A DNA stretch of 43,530 nt from Chlamydiota bacterium (lineage in GTDB: Bacteria; Chlamydiota; Chlamydiia; Chlamydiales; RGXB01). The stretch lies in assembly GCA_947494155.1 (NCBI GenBank), contig CANLTW010000011.1, positions 1-43,530 on the forward strand, written 5' to 3'. The position numbers and the translations under genes were made by a program. Below, piece after piece: positions 28,276 to 37,628 of the stretch. Numbering within the stretch: position 1 is the first letter of the stretch; the number at the start of each line of letters is the position of its first letter. The notes beneath the pieces were generated by a model. That model did not search any database. It was not told the DNA's origin and worked only from the letters and a program-made list of their open reading frames with translations.

Positions 28276-29433
28276 TCAGAAAATTTTTTTTGGATTGTCA
28301 TCCTTTTCAAGATGTATATCATTGGATGCATGAAACTCACCCAATCTTTCTAACTGGCTTTCGAGTGTAAACTTATCATCAAAAATTTTATGCGCTTTTT
28401 GTGCTTTTTCTTCCGCTTCTTTAGGATGAGAAAATATCCACATCAGGTGAGCATAAATTTGCTCAAACATCTTTTCACCTGTGAGCTTATGATCCTTATC
28501 TATATCTAGATATAGAACAGTATCTCCAAACTCTTTTTCTACAAACTCATGCTTATCAGAAATAATCACACTTCCCGCAGCGGCTGCTTCAAAAATTCTT
28601 CCGGTGATAACACCCCCATCGAGATGTTCTTGGGAGTGTAATATAAGAGCAATTCCACAATTTCGGATAGCTTCGATCAAGCTGTTTCCATCAATAGGTA
28701 ATAAACCCCTGTAACAGCTATAATTGTCGCAATTTACAGGTCCCCAAAACTCCACTAGTTTGTATTCATCAAGCTTTTTTAAAAATTCTTTATAGGGCTC
28801 ACTAGACCTTAAATGATCCCATGTCGACAATGTATAAAACACTTTTTTAGTTTGCAAAGGATGGTAAGTTGTTTTCATCGAGGTATGAGTCCAGAGAATT
28901 GAGGGGATCTTTTTTTCATAAAACTTTAAAAAAGCATCTAATCGGTTTTGGTTATTCGGAACACACAAAATACCATCAAACTCTAACAGTCGCTTTCTAC
29001 ATTTACCATTGTAAGAACAGCCTGAAAAGGGTTTTTTTTCTAAATACAGTGGCCTTGATAGTACAAGGTAATGAGGGATTTTGCTACTCCTGGGAGAATA
29101 AAAATTGGGGTCATAACATAAAAAAAAATCTGGTTGGAAGTCTTCAATGACTTTACTGAGATAATTTGGTCTTTGTTTTGGAATTTCAAAAGGTTTAAAA
29201 GACCGATTGAAATCAAACGGGTAATTAAAACCCCAACTATTTGCAAAATAAAATGCTTGTGCTTCCCACCCCAAACTCCTTGCTGCCGTTTCAACTTTTA
29301 TTGCCATCTCCGCTTCACCACCATGACAGGGAATGGGAATCAAAATTTTATAGCGCTTTTTGGGCTCTGAAGATTGGATCGAAGATAGGGTGAAAAAAAG
29401 AAAGAGCCATAAAAAATAGTGGAAAACTTTCAT
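28276..29433 (-). CDS. GT-B glycosyltransferase (CgeB/Glyco_trans_1_2-like) with signal peptide
   Basis: GIALILHS..H...GRIFEAAAAGSVIISD; hydrophobic N-terminus. Confidence 0.78.
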   Translation of the reverse strand: MKVFHYFLWLFLFFTLSSIQSSEPKKRYKILIPIPCHGGEAEMAIKVETAARSLGWEAQAFYFANSWGFNYPFDFNRSFKPFEIPKQRPNYLSKVIEDFQPDFFLCYDPNFYSPRSSKIPHYLVLSRPLYLEKKPFSGCSYNGKCRKRLLEFDGILCVPNNQNRLDAFLKFYEKKIPSILWTHTSMKTTYHPLQTKKVFYTLSTWDHLRSSEPYKEFLKKLDEYKLVEFWGPVNCDNYSCYRGLLPIDGNSLIEAIRNCGIALILHSQEHLDGGVITGRIFEAAAAGSVIISDKHEFVEKEFGDTVLYLDIDKDHKLTGEKMFEQIYAHLMWIFSHPKEAEEKAQKAHKIFDDKFTLESQLERLGEFHASNDIHLEKDDNPKKIF

Positions 29434-29599
29434 GATGATCTCTATTTGTTTTTTGAGCCACCAATGGCATTCGATTTGTTATTAGGGTGTTAGTTCGCTG
29501 CCAGAATAAAAGGGCAATTAATGATTGAGAGTCTAACAATAAATTATTTTTATTTGAAAATAAAAAATTTAATTTTGATGCTTTTTTTTAACAATTGCC

Positions 29600-30016
29600 T
29601 TAAATTTGGGGAATTTTTTGAATAGCCTTCCAGGCAAGGGGAGCCAATTCTTTTTCGCTTAAGGAGTCTAATCGGACCCATCTTGCCGTCAGCTCGCCAA
29701 CGGAGTCACGAGCAAGAAGACCCTCGACTTTATAAATTAGTCCTATTTGAAAAAACAGATACCCTTCTTTGCTTTTGCTAGCGGGTACCTGTGTACAAAC
29801 CGTAACGTTCAAAAAGGGGTGCATGCTCAAAAAATCGGTAGCCGTCTCCTCTAGAAACTCTCTATGAAGAGCCTCTTCGACCGACTCTCCAAAATCAAGG
29901 CCACCACCAGGAAGATCGAAAAGGCCTTTGAAGGGGCCCCTATTTTGTATCACAAGGAAAATTTTATCTTCATCTAGAACAATCCCATAGATACCCGTAC
30001 GTGTAATTTTTTCCAT
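29600..30016 (-). CDS. NUDIX hydrolase
   Basis: LPGGGLDFGESVEEALHREFLEET Nudix box. Confidence 0.9.
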   Translation of the reverse strand: MEKITRTGIYGIVLDEDKIFLVIQNRGPFKGLFDLPGGGLDFGESVEEALHREFLEETATDFLSMHPFLNVTVCTQVPASKSKEGYLFFQIGLIYKVEGLLARDSVGELTARWVRLDSLSEKELAPLAWKAIQKIPQI

Positions 30017-30075
30017 AACTATGCTGTGGGGCGGACCTTTGTTTCAAAAAAGCCTTTATTTAAAAGGGGGAGAGG

Positions 30076-33000
30076 CTAGGCCTCCAAAAGTTCCAACACA
30101 TCTTCCCAAGTGAGTTTAGCCAACGCCTCTTCATCACAAGTGACTACCTTTTTGACCAAACCCTTCTTACGGTTTTGCATCTCAACAATTTTCTCTTCGA
30201 TAGTATTTTTAGAGATCAGTTTGTATACCGAGACGTTTCTTTCCTGACCTAAGCGGTGCACACGATCTGTAGCCTGGTTTTGTACAGCCGGATTCCACCA
30301 CATGTCATAGTGAATCACCGTATCTGCTCCAGTCAAATTCAACCCGGTTCCTCCCGCTTTCAAGGAGACTAAAAAGACAGGTATGTGTTTGTCCTCATTA
30401 AACTCTTTCACCAACTCAAGCCGATTCTTGCTTGCACCATCAAGGTAACAAAACCTTATGCCCGCTTTCTCCAAGTCGGATCGGATGATTTGGAGCATTT
30501 TTGTATATTGCGAGAAAATCACCGTTTTGTGCCCACCCTCAATCAGAGTATTCAGCAGCTCCACTAACATCTCATATTTTGCGGAATCGCCCGGCTCGGG
30601 GTGCTCTTTTGCAAAAATTCCAGGGTGGCAACAGATCTGTTTAAGCCTTGTAAGGGTAGCCAAGACATGGATTTGCACCTTATCGAAACCGTCTCTTTCC
30701 ACAAGCTTTGTAAGCTCATCTTTAGCTGAAGCAGCGTAGGAACGGTAAAGATCCTGCTGTACCGGTGTGAGCTGGGTATGGTACACAATTTCGGAAACAG
30801 GAGGAAGATCGTCCAAAACATCCGCCTTCATCCTTCTAAGGATAAAAGGGGCCACCTTCTTTCGTAGATAGTGTAAGTTTTTGGTGAGCTCTTCTCCTGT
30901 AGGGCGCACATACCGCTCAATAAATCGATCGTAAGTTCCCAAAAAGCGGGGCATCAAGAAATCAAACAGACTCCATAGCTCATCAAGTGAGTTTTCAATC
31001 GGCGTACCAGAGAGGATCAGTCTGTGATCCCCTTTAATCTGTTTGACCGATTTAGCGTTTCTTGTCGCCCTATTTTTAATATGCTGCGCCTCATCCAAAA
31101 CCACGTATTTGAAGACAAAATCGTCGTAGAGTTCAATGTCTTTTTGTATCAGACTATAAGTCGTAATCACAGCATCATACTCAGAAATAGCTTTGATCAA
31201 CCGCTTTCTCTGACCGGGAATCCCATCGATTACCGCGACTTTGAATTGAGGGTTAAATTTCTTAAATTCCTCGTACCAGTTATATAAAAGTGAGGTCGGA
31301 CACACAATGATTGTTGTAGATTTTGGGAATAATGCGTGCATTTGAGTGATCGAGGTGATCGCCTGCAAAGTCTTTCCCAAGCCCATATCATCTGCCAAAA
31401 TACCGCAAAGATACATCCCTCTTAGCCTCTCAAGCCACTGCACGCCCTCTTTTTGGTATCCCCTTAACTCCGCTTTAATCTCGGTTGGGACACTGGAGAA
31501 CTCCAGTTTCTTTTCTCCGAGCATTTGTCGACGGATATCCAAAAGCTTTTCCGAAATTTTCACATCAACTGAAAGCCCTTCAAAATTTGAGGCATCGATA
31601 TTTGCTAAAGACCAAATAGGGCACTCAAATTTATGGTTTTCCAACCGTTGGATACCCAGCTCATCAAAAAGTTGTGCGATGCTCTGCATCTCTTCGAGAT
31701 TAAGGACGAGAATCTTCGGAATTTGGCGCGCCTTGTCGGTAGGCTTTTTATGGGATGATTTCGGTGACTCCAGCTCCAAAAAGGCCCTTTTGGAGAGAAT
31801 GCACTCCCAAAGGCGGTCCATCGTTACCCCTTTAAGATCCCCATCGACTTTCACCTCGATCATGAAAGCGTCCATACGCTCCAAATGTACAAGATTCAAA
31901 CCAAAGCGGGTTTTATCATAGATAAACTGGTCTAAAAGGTTTTGGGGGCAATTAAATGTCACCGTAGAATTGAATTTCGGCACAACCTCAGTCATAAATT
32001 CGATAATCTTCTTATCGCTACGGGCGATAAAATGCCCCGAATCTTCCAAATGTTGGAAATCTTGGAATAATTCTCTTAAAATTTTAGCCTCATGCACAAG
32101 ATCTCGAGCTAAAACACCCACATCCTGCACAAATCGGCAAGCCTCGTCATACGAGAGTTTCATGTGAGAGGACGGAACAGTAAACGTCCCGTAATCAAAA
32201 GAGAGAGCCGCCTCAAGCTCCCCGTCCAAATAGGATAAATCGCAAACTGCTTTAAGCGTCCCCACAAAAGGGAGAGTGGGATAAAACTGTTTACCTTTCT
32301 CATGCGTAATTTGGGTAAATTTACCCAACTCTACCAGAGCATTTTCAATGAAAGTCCCTAAAAGGGGGTGGGGTATCGTCATCGATCTGAGAGTGAAAAG
32401 GTGCTGTAGATGCGCACGTTTGATCTCTGGTCTAAATCGATAATAGACATTGTTGTGGATGATGCCGGGATAGGCACACTCGAAAAAGCGCACCTCCTCT
32501 AAAGCAACCTGCTGCTGATCCACAAGGACCGTCGGATTGATCAGTATTTTTGATGCCGGAGGATCGATATACTCGATGTTCATATTGAACGCAACATGCG
32601 CTACGGAAAAATTGAGCGGCTCTTCAATTGTTTCAAAGTAGATACAGGGGAGATTTAAAAACTCCTCTTGCGAAAACCCTGAACGCCTCCCCTCTATCTC
32701 CTGCATGGCAATCATATAAGATTCGGCTAGTACCAATCCGAAAGTTTTAGCCTCGATATAAGCAGAGCGTTGCCCTTTTTCGGTTACAGCTTTGTCATGA
32801 AATCGGGAATAATCAATGATCATTCTTACTATTCCACGATGCTCTTTGGGGAAAGAGTCGAGTGTAAACAGGTATCGTTTTCCCGACAAAATGAGATACT
32901 CCTCGTGGCGAATCCCCTCGATAAAATCTTTCACATTAATAATAAAAAGGGGCTTGGAACGGGAAGGCAACCTGAGTGCAAATTGCATCTCTACAATAGG

Positions 33001-33555
33001 TTTCGAGCCCTCTTGATCACTGGGGAGTTGAAAGATAATTTGCATTTCAGCCCGATCAAATGTCCTCTCTTCGATGGGCAAAAAGAAGGGGGATTCAGCT
33101 AAAATGCGGGCGCTGTACTGGTATTCTTCCAGAACCTCTTTTTGGAACTGCACCCCTTGGCGCATCTCCTCTTTTTCTGCAGCCTCTTTGACAATTTCTA
33201 ATAACTCAACCGATACATCTTCATTTTTCTGAAGGTCGTTTTCTTTAGAAAAATTGACAAGAATCTCATCGAGATGGCTTTCAAGGTAGTATAGAACAGA
33301 GGCGATGTGTTGGCAATCATAACGGTAAGGGCAATCGCAATCGGAATCGACCATTTCACATTCGACACGGTCAATCTCAATTACACTCTCATACGTATTA
33401 TCGTATTGGCCTAAAACCTTCGCGTTAATACGTACATTTGTATCATCAAGCTCAAGAATCTTGACCGAAATCACCTTTTTTTCATCAAAAAGTGTTTTTC
33501 CCTCTTTGAGAACATTTTGTGAGAAATCCTGCTTAAGCTTGCGGACATTTAACAT
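30076..33555 (-). CDS. SWIM-zinc-finger SNF2 helicase (CT708-like)
   Basis: CDCPYRYDCQH SWIM, LADDMGLGKT, DEAQ, QATDRVHRLG; MLN.RKL.QDF start. Confidence 0.93.
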   Translation of the reverse strand: MLNVRKLKQDFSQNVLKEGKTLFDEKKVISVKILELDDTNVRINAKVLGQYDNTYESVIEIDRVECEMVDSDCDCPYRYDCQHIASVLYYLESHLDEILVNFSKENDLQKNEDVSVELLEIVKEAAEKEEMRQGVQFQKEVLEEYQYSARILAESPFFLPIEERTFDRAEMQIIFQLPSDQEGSKPIVEMQFALRLPSRSKPLFIINVKDFIEGIRHEEYLILSGKRYLFTLDSFPKEHRGIVRMIIDYSRFHDKAVTEKGQRSAYIEAKTFGLVLAESYMIAMQEIEGRRSGFSQEEFLNLPCIYFETIEEPLNFSVAHVAFNMNIEYIDPPASKILINPTVLVDQQQVALEEVRFFECAYPGIIHNNVYYRFRPEIKRAHLQHLFTLRSMTIPHPLLGTFIENALVELGKFTQITHEKGKQFYPTLPFVGTLKAVCDLSYLDGELEAALSFDYGTFTVPSSHMKLSYDEACRFVQDVGVLARDLVHEAKILRELFQDFQHLEDSGHFIARSDKKIIEFMTEVVPKFNSTVTFNCPQNLLDQFIYDKTRFGLNLVHLERMDAFMIEVKVDGDLKGVTMDRLWECILSKRAFLELESPKSSHKKPTDKARQIPKILVLNLEEMQSIAQLFDELGIQRLENHKFECPIWSLANIDASNFEGLSVDVKISEKLLDIRRQMLGEKKLEFSSVPTEIKAELRGYQKEGVQWLERLRGMYLCGILADDMGLGKTLQAITSITQMHALFPKSTTIIVCPTSLLYNWYEEFKKFNPQFKVAVIDGIPGQRKRLIKAISEYDAVITTYSLIQKDIELYDDFVFKYVVLDEAQHIKNRATRNAKSVKQIKGDHRLILSGTPIENSLDELWSLFDFLMPRFLGTYDRFIERYVRPTGEELTKNLHYLRKKVAPFILRRMKADVLDDLPPVSEIVYHTQLTPVQQDLYRSYAASAKDELTKLVERDGFDKVQIHVLATLTRLKQICCHPGIFAKEHPEPGDSAKYEMLVELLNTLIEGGHKTVIFSQYTKMLQIIRSDLEKAGIRFCYLDGASKNRLELVKEFNEDKHIPVFLVSLKAGGTGLNLTGADTVIHYDMWWNPAVQNQATDRVHRLGQERNVSVYKLISKNTIEEKIVEMQNRKKGLVKKVVTCDEEALAKLTWEDVLELLEA

Positions 33556-33939
33556 AATGAGTACATCCCGCCCTAAAATACCTCTTCTCACAGGCTTTTA
33601 CCCTTTTCAGGATAATGTGTGCAACGAAAAATTTCATTCACAAGAGAAGGTTTTTTTATCTCCATAAGCATACCAGAAATCAAAAATGTCCCTCCAGCTA
33701 ATTTGCTAAAAAAAGGGTTCTTGAAGGGATCTTAAAGCATTTTTAAAGAGTCAAAAAAAGGGGATTTTTTGCTTAAAATGGGGCAATCGACCGAAGAAAT
33801 CTACACTGTCCTTGTGCAAAACCTTTATCAACTTTTTTCAAAATTTTTCTTGGGGAACAGTTCAAAGCCCTTTTTTACAAAAATTGACTATTGCTTAAAA
33901 AGGGGTGGGCGTTATAGACTAGTGAGCATTAAAGTTGAT

Positions 33940-34011
33940 GCGGGCGTAGCTCAGTGGTAGAGTACAACCTTGCCAAGGTTGGTGTCGAGGGTTCGAATCC
34001 CTTCGCCCGCT
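33940..34011 (+). tRNA. tRNA-Gly(GCC)
   Basis: GCGGGCG...CGCCCGCT; anticodon arm CAACC-TTGCCAA-GGTTG. Confidence 0.96.
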
Positions 34012-34092
34012 TTTTTTAACAAAACAACTCCCTTTTTACCTCATCAACGAGTTCTAAAGAGAATCTTTCAACCAACCCAAGGCCACCGTCCC

Positions 34093-35433
34093 ATGAAAAC
34101 AAGCTTTTCAAATGACGACGTTCAACTTCATATCAATAAACTTCCCGGTTGCACAGTCGAATACACCGTTACCTGCTCCCCAAGACTTATCGAAAAAGCA
34201 GAGAAACAGGCGATCAAAAAAATCGCAAAAGAGGTCTCCATCCCAGGATTTAGAAAAGGGAAGGTGCCTGAAGAGGTGATTCGTAGAAACTATTTGAAAG
34301 CACTTGAGGCGGAGACCAAAGAAGAGCTTACCCAGCTCGCCTTTCAAGAGGCTAGAAAACTTGAGACTACCCCTATCATGCAAACAGAAGGGGCCGTCCA
34401 GGCAAAACTGATCCAATTTGGAGAGGGAAAAGCCGAATTCCAATACTTTATCACCACAAATCCCCAAACCCCCAGCCTGGACAATTTGGAGTCCATCAAA
34501 GTCCATGCCAAACCCCTAAAAGTGATCGGGGAAAAAGAGGTCGAAAAGGAGATCAAAAATCTTTTGCGCCTTTTTGCTACATGGAATGATGTTGAGGGCC
34601 GGCCCGTTAAAGAGGGGGATTTTGTACGCCTCAACGGCTATGATCTGTCTGAAGAGGGGGAACCTAAGATCTTCAACGAGTCCCGTTTGGATGTCTCCAA
34701 AGAGGGGCTCTCCACCGAGTGGCTCTACTCTGCCCTTTTAGGGATGGAAATCGGCCAATCCAAAGTCGCTGACACTTTTCCGAATAACGACGAAGAGGAG
34801 GAGTTCAAAAAAACTTTTGTGAAAAAGCAGGTGCGTTTAGAGGTTGTACGCATTGAAGAGCCCAACACACCCGCTCTCGACGATGCCTTTGTCCAAAAGC
34901 TTGGACTCCCAAATGTTGAAGAGCTCCAAAAAGAGATGCGCAAGCGGCTGGAAAATGAGGCGATGAGCAATCATCTACAAGCGCTTAAAGATTCCCTTTC
35001 CGATGAAATTCTCAAGGTAATCCCCTTGGAGATCCCCTCTATTTTGGTGGATAGAGAAGTAGCAAGCCGTATGCGTCGCTACTTATCCAGTTCACAAGGC
35101 AAGAAAGAGTACGAATCTTTCTCTAAAGAGGAGCAGGAAAAAAAGAGGGAGGACATCCGGACCAAATCCGATGAGGCTATCCGCCTTTACTTTATCATTC
35201 AGGCGATCATACGCAAATACCAGATCCTCCCCCCTGCAAATATCCAACAAGATATGACGCAAATTGCTCAAAAGCATTTTAAAGAAGCAAGCACCAAGAA
35301 GGTAGCGCAACAAAGCGTGCAACAGGCTCAAAATGAGCAAAATCAGTATTTAGCCTCAACGATGATGGATACAGCACTGATGCACGTTCTAGATAAAGTG
35401 CTTCACGCCCTCCCCCATCCTGCGCACGCATGA
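34093..35433 (+). CDS. tig: Trigger factor
   Basis: IPGFRKGKVP ribosome-binding motif; tRNA-Gly-tig-clpP-clpX synteny. Confidence 0.9.
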   Translation: MKTSFSNDDVQLHINKLPGCTVEYTVTCSPRLIEKAEKQAIKKIAKEVSIPGFRKGKVPEEVIRRNYLKALEAETKEELTQLAFQEARKLETTPIMQTEGAVQAKLIQFGEGKAEFQYFITTNPQTPSLDNLESIKVHAKPLKVIGEKEVEKEIKNLLRLFATWNDVEGRPVKEGDFVRLNGYDLSEEGEPKIFNESRLDVSKEGLSTEWLYSALLGMEIGQSKVADTFPNNDEEEEFKKTFVKKQVRLEVVRIEEPNTPALDDAFVQKLGLPNVEELQKEMRKRLENEAMSNHLQALKDSLSDEILKVIPLEIPSILVDREVASRMRRYLSSSQGKKEYESFSKEEQEKKREDIRTKSDEAIRLYFIIQAIIRKYQILPPANIQQDMTQIAQKHFKEASTKKVAQQSVQQAQNEQNQYLASTMMDTALMHVLDKVLHALPHPAHA

Positions 35434-35473
35434 TTAAATCAGTTGGGGAACCTACTTTAGCTCCCCCTCTTTT

Positions 35474-35559
35474 TCCTGGCAAAAGGCTCCTTAAACGGAG
35501 CCTTTCCTTTTTTATTTATCCTAGCACAAGGCTTCTAAAATGGAGCCTTTCCTTTTTTA
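35474..35559 (+). repeat. Tandem 41-bp duplication, each copy a terminator-like hairpin
   Basis: 35474-35514 vs 35519-35559, 5 mismatches; stems GGCTCC/GGAGCC and GGCTTC/GGAGCC, each with a T-tract. Confidence 0.85.
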
Positions 35560-35599
35560 AAAAAAGGGGGGCTAGTTTAGTTGCCCTAAAGGAAAAAGC

Positions 35600-35628
35600 T
35601 TGACCCCTACGAAGCGGTTTTCTATACT
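35600..35628 (+). promoter_or_regulatory. sigma66 promoter of clpP-clpX
   Basis: TTGACC-17 nt-TATACT. Confidence 0.75.
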
Positions 35629-35773
35629 TGGACAAGAGAAAAGAGACCTCGCACAAATAGAGGTCTTACAAGATTTTACCCAACCTTTCTTTGGCTAAAA
35701 AAGTATTCGCTTCCCCTTTTCCATAGGGGGGGGTGAAAATACTCTGCAAACGATTCAATCTTTTAGGAGCAAA

Positions 35774-36370
35774 ATGGGCAGTATTTTAATTCCTACGGTG
35801 ATCGAGAAAACCGCAACGCACGAAAGAGCCTATGACATTTGGTCCAGGCTTTTAAAAGACAGGATCATCTATTTAGGGACCCCTATCGATGATACAGTCG
35901 CCAACCTGATCATAGCCCAGTTGCTTTTTCTCAAGGCGGAAGACGGACATAAGCCGATCAGCCTCTACATCAATTCTCCTGGCGGTTCTGTAACAGCAGC
36001 TTTGGCTATTTACGACACCATCCGCTTTGTTGGACTTGATGTCTGCACCTATGGTTTGGGGCTTATCGCCTCGGCGGCAACCGTTCTTTTAGCCTCCGGA
36101 GCAAAAGGGAAAAGGCATGCCCTACCCAGCTCGCGCATCATGATTCACCAGCCCTGGGGCGGTGTATCGGGGACAGCTATCGACATTGAGTTACAGGCGA
36201 AAGAGATCATCTTTCTCAAAGAGAGGCTCAACACAATTATGAGCGAATTGACCGGCCAGCCGATCGATCGGATCATAGCAGACTCTGACAGAGACTTTTT
36301 TATGTCTCCACAAGAGGCTCAAGAATATGGGATCATCGACAAGGTACTGCATCCCGAAATCAAAAAATAG
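35774..36370 (+). CDS. clpP: ATP-dependent Clp protease proteolytic subunit
   Basis: [21 protein letters not shown] (Ser), MIHQP, DRD; SD AGGAG. Confidence 0.97.
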   Translation: MGSILIPTVIEKTATHERAYDIWSRLLKDRIIYLGTPIDDTVANLIIAQLLFLKAEDGHKPISLYINSPGGSVTAALAIYDTIRFVGLDVCTYGLGLIASAATVLLASGAKGKRHALPSSRIMIHQPWGGVSGTAIDIELQAKEIIFLKERLNTIMSELTGQPIDRIIADSDRDFFMSPQEAQEYGIIDKVLHPEIKK

Positions 36371-36376
36371 GCATAT

Positions 36377-37609
36377 ATGAGTAATAAGACCCACACCTGC
36401 TCCTTCTGTTCCAGAACCGAAGAAAACGTTGAAAAGCTGATTTCGGGGCCGGGCGTCTTCATTTGCGACAAATGTGTCCGCCTCTGTGGGGACATCATCG
36501 AAAAGAAGCCCTCTACCCATGAATTTAAGCTTTTAACTCCAAAAGAGATCTACGAGAAGCTCTCCGAGTACATCATAGGTCAAGATAAGGCAAAAAGGAC
36601 TATTAGCGTAGCGGTGTATAACCACTACAAAAGGATCCGCGCCAAGCCATCGCATGAAAAAGTGGAATACACAAAATCTAACGTCTTATTGCTTGGGCCT
36701 ACCGGGTCGGGGAAAACTCTGATTGCCCGTACTCTTGCCACGATTTTGGATGTCCCTTTTGCTATTGTGGACGCAACAACTCTCACCGAAGCGGGATACG
36801 TAGGTGAAGATGTGGAAAACATTATTCTGCGTCTTCTGCAAAATGCCGATTACGATCTTGAGAGGGCTGAGCTTGGAATCATCTACATCGACGAGATCGA
36901 TAAAATTCGAAAAACTACCGGTAATGTCTCCATCACAAGGGATGTATCCGGAGAAGGGGTGCAGCAAGCTCTTCTCAAAATTGTAGAAGGTACCGTTGCC
37001 AACGTCCCACCAAAGGGGGGGCGTAAGCACCCTAACCAGGAGTACATTAAGGTCAATACCGAAAACATTCTGTTTATTGTTGGGGGGGCGTTTGTGCACC
37101 TCGATCAAATCATCGCTCGTCGCCTCGGAAAAGGGATGATCGGATTTGATGCTAAAGGGGGCACCTCGGTGGCCTCTCACGAGATGTCAAAGCTGCTACA
37201 AAATGTGCAGACAGAGGACCTGATTGAATTCGGATTGATACCCGAGTTTGTGGGTCGCTTCAACATCATTGCCAACTGCAATGAACTCACTACACAGGAT
37301 CTAATTCAAATTCTCTCTGAGCCTAAAAATGCGATAGTGAAACAATACAAGAGCCTTTTTGCCGATGATGGGGTGGAATTGGATTTCTCTTTAGAGGCTC
37401 TGGACGCGATCGCTGCTAAGGCTAAAGAGGCAGGTACTGGTGCTCGCGCTCTACGCATGATAGTCGAAAATATTCTTATGGATCTGATGTTTGACGTTCC
37501 GTCAGAAAAAGATATTGTAGGAATTGTGATTGAAAAAGAGTGCGTAACTCATAAAACACCCCCAACCGTCATCCGATCCAAAGATAGCCCACGCCTTTTA
37601 GGCGCTTAA
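36377..37609 (+). CDS. clpX: ATP-dependent Clp protease ATPase ClpX
   Basis: CSFC zinc domain, [23 protein letters not shown] loop. Confidence 0.97.
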   Translation: MSNKTHTCSFCSRTEENVEKLISGPGVFICDKCVRLCGDIIEKKPSTHEFKLLTPKEIYEKLSEYIIGQDKAKRTISVAVYNHYKRIRAKPSHEKVEYTKSNVLLLGPTGSGKTLIARTLATILDVPFAIVDATTLTEAGYVGEDVENIILRLLQNADYDLERAELGIIYIDEIDKIRKTTGNVSITRDVSGEGVQQALLKIVEGTVANVPPKGGRKHPNQEYIKVNTENILFIVGGAFVHLDQIIARRLGKGMIGFDAKGGTSVASHEMSKLLQNVQTEDLIEFGLIPEFVGRFNIIANCNELTTQDLIQILSEPKNAIVKQYKSLFADDGVELDFSLEALDAIAAKAKEAGTGARALRMIVENILMDLMFDVPSEKDIVGIVIEKECVTHKTPPTVIRSKDSPRLLGA

Positions 37610-37628
37610 ACTCCCTAAGGGGGCCCCC

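Noticed and set aside
4159..34011. All four tRNAs lack an encoded CCA; possible integration sites
   Set aside because: Missing CCA is common in Chlamydiae; no duplicated tRNA 3' ends or integrase seen
33769..34092. 63-aa ORF and N-terminal extension of Tig
   Set aside because: Both overlap tRNA-Gly or its promoter region
35474..35559. Possible mini-CRISPR
   Set aside because: Only two copies with a 4-nt gap; looks like terminators
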